Shown in pieces: positions 36,339-37,496 of a stretch of DNA of 37,496 nt. The DNA lies in assembly GCA_031416415.1 (NCBI GenBank), contig JANOTP010000283.1, positions 1 through 37,496 on the forward strand. Direction: 5' to 3'. This DNA is from Cytophagales bacterium (GTDB lineage: Bacteria > Bacteroidota > Bacteroidia > Cytophagales > Cytophagaceae). The notes beneath the pieces were generated by a model. The model ran no database searches and had not been told where the DNA came from. It worked only from the letters and a program-made list of their open reading frames with translations. The position numbers and the translations under genes were made by a program. Numbering within the stretch: the stretch's first letter is position 1; the number at the start of each line of letters is the position of its first letter.

Positions 36339-37430
36339 ATGAAAAAATTAATTTTTTCAATTTTAACATTGAGCTGTATACTCTTTTTTAGTTTGAAATC
36401 ACAGTCTCAAAAAGTATATTCTATAGGAGTTACTAATCTCTTAGGTAAAAACGTTAATAAAACATCGGATCGTGAATTTGGATCTACTCATCCTAATGGA
36501 ATCGAAATTTATTACCATCGCTGGCACGACGGGGCTAAACATTGGGAAAAAGTATACAACTATCCCCATACTGGATGGGCACTAGCTTGGATTGATCATA
36601 GAAACAATACACTAGGACATTCTTTCGTTTTGAACAGATATTTAGATTGTGTTTTTTGGCGAAAAAAATCGTTCGAATGTTATTTAAAACTTTCCCAAGG
36701 AATTATGTTTTCAACTACTATTTATAAAAATAATAGCTCTTCAAAAAATGAATTTAACAATGCCATAAGCCAAAGAATAAATTTTTCAGAACAACTTGGA
36801 CTAGGAGTATATTTTTATCCCATAAACTATTTGACCCTAAATCTCGGCGCTACTATTAACCATTTTTCTAACGGTGCCCATTCACAGCCAAACGACGGCT
36901 TGAACCTATTGTGCTTCAATGTAGGACTAGCTTATACTTCAGCCCGTAAGCCAATAACTTTTAATAAAAATCCAGAAACGATTACTGAAAATAGAAGCGT
37001 AAAAGTAAACATAAATTTTGCTGGTGGTTATAAGCAACTAACCCCTGAAAATGAAAAAAAATATCCCCTTGCTACACTAAATGTTTACGTTGACAAAAAA
37101 ATAGCTAGAGTAAGTGCTTTAAATCTTGGGGCAGATCTTTTTTTAAATTATGGTGTTAAATATTCTGTTGCTAATAATGCTAAATATAAAGGAGCTGATT
37201 TCAAACGAATGGGGATAGTTTTTGGACATGAACTTTTTATTAACAAAATTGCACTCCTCACACAAGTTGGTCACCATGTATATAGCCCTTACCCGTCTCT
37301 TTCTAATTTCTACCAGAAAGTTGGTTTAAAATACTATTTAACGGATAACCTCTTTATTGGATTTACACTACGCTCGTTTAGGTTTAGTATATCTGATGAA
37401 ATTGCTTGGGGAATTGGAGTAAGGCTATAG
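36339..37430 (+). CDS. PagL-like acyloxyacyl hydrolase / lipid A deacylase family outer-membrane protein; start taken at MKKLIFSIL (track ORF from 36279)
   Basis: Signal peptide; beta-barrel pattern; INHFSNGAHSQPNDGLN resembles the PagL His/Ser motif. Confidence 0.45.
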   Translation: MKKLIFSILTLSCILFFSLKSQSQKVYSIGVTNLLGKNVNKTSDREFGSTHPNGIEIYYHRWHDGAKHWEKVYNYPHTGWALAWIDHRNNTLGHSFVLNRYLDCVFWRKKSFECYLKLSQGIMFSTTIYKNNSSSKNEFNNAISQRINFSEQLGLGVYFYPINYLTLNLGATINHFSNGAHSQPNDGLNLLCFNVGLAYTSARKPITFNKNPETITENRSVKVNINFAGGYKQLTPENEKKYPLATLNVYVDKKIARVSALNLGADLFLNYGVKYSVANNAKYKGADFKRMGIVFGHELFINKIALLTQVGHHVYSPYPSLSNFYQKVGLKYYLTDNLFIGFTLRSFRFSISDEIAWGIGVRL

Positions 37431-37496
37431 TTTCAAAATTTAACAACAGATCTATAAATATAAAAGAGTTAATCACAATTTTTCTTATTTTTAACT

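Overview
This window looks like a low-GC chromosomal segment from a Bacteroidota (Flavobacteriia-like) genome. The evidence is a T9SS C-terminal sorting domain, lipoprotein-rich secreted proteins, TAnnTTTG -7 promoter motifs and weak or absent SD sequences. Most of it is ordinary housekeeping, on both strands: xth, 3-hydroxyanthranilate 3,4-dioxygenase, hemH, a LacI-type regulator, aspS, YebC, mscL, aspartate kinase, a DUF2461 protein, an SDR-family protein and a PagL-like protein. Three regions stand out.
(1) A same-strand cassette at 161-3287. It has an acidic protein, a 45-aa hydrophobic micro-ORF, a protein with a divergent DisA_N/diadenylate-cyclase-like C-terminal domain, and an 8-nt-overlapping 443-aa unknown protein.
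(2) A variable region at about 9.7-14.6 kb, anchored on tRNA-Gly and tRNA-Leu. It contains a Pol-beta-type nucleotidyltransferase and a second, truncated copy of that gene's 5' end. It has two copies of a ~215-bp MITE-like element whose terminal inverted repeats are themselves hairpins, plus a 115-bp tandem duplication. It also has a run of small unknown ORFs and a protein whose C-terminus is clearly homologous to EF-Tu domain 3.
(3) An rtcB RNA-ligase locus at 14.6-19.4 kb. On the rtcB strand it carries ORF-free, GC-elevated stretches with canonical tRNA T-arm sequences. One of these forms a circularly permuted tRNA-like module: T-arm, then an acceptor stem closed by a GAGA tetraloop, then a D-arm. 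There is also an SPFH protein and a divergent WYL-domain regulator preceded by two related palindromic operator-like sites.
I propose (3) as a candidate Rsr-less, WYL-controlled RNA-repair module with Y-RNA-like tRNA mimics, which as far as I know is undescribed. No CRISPR array, integrase, transposase or rRNA was seen.
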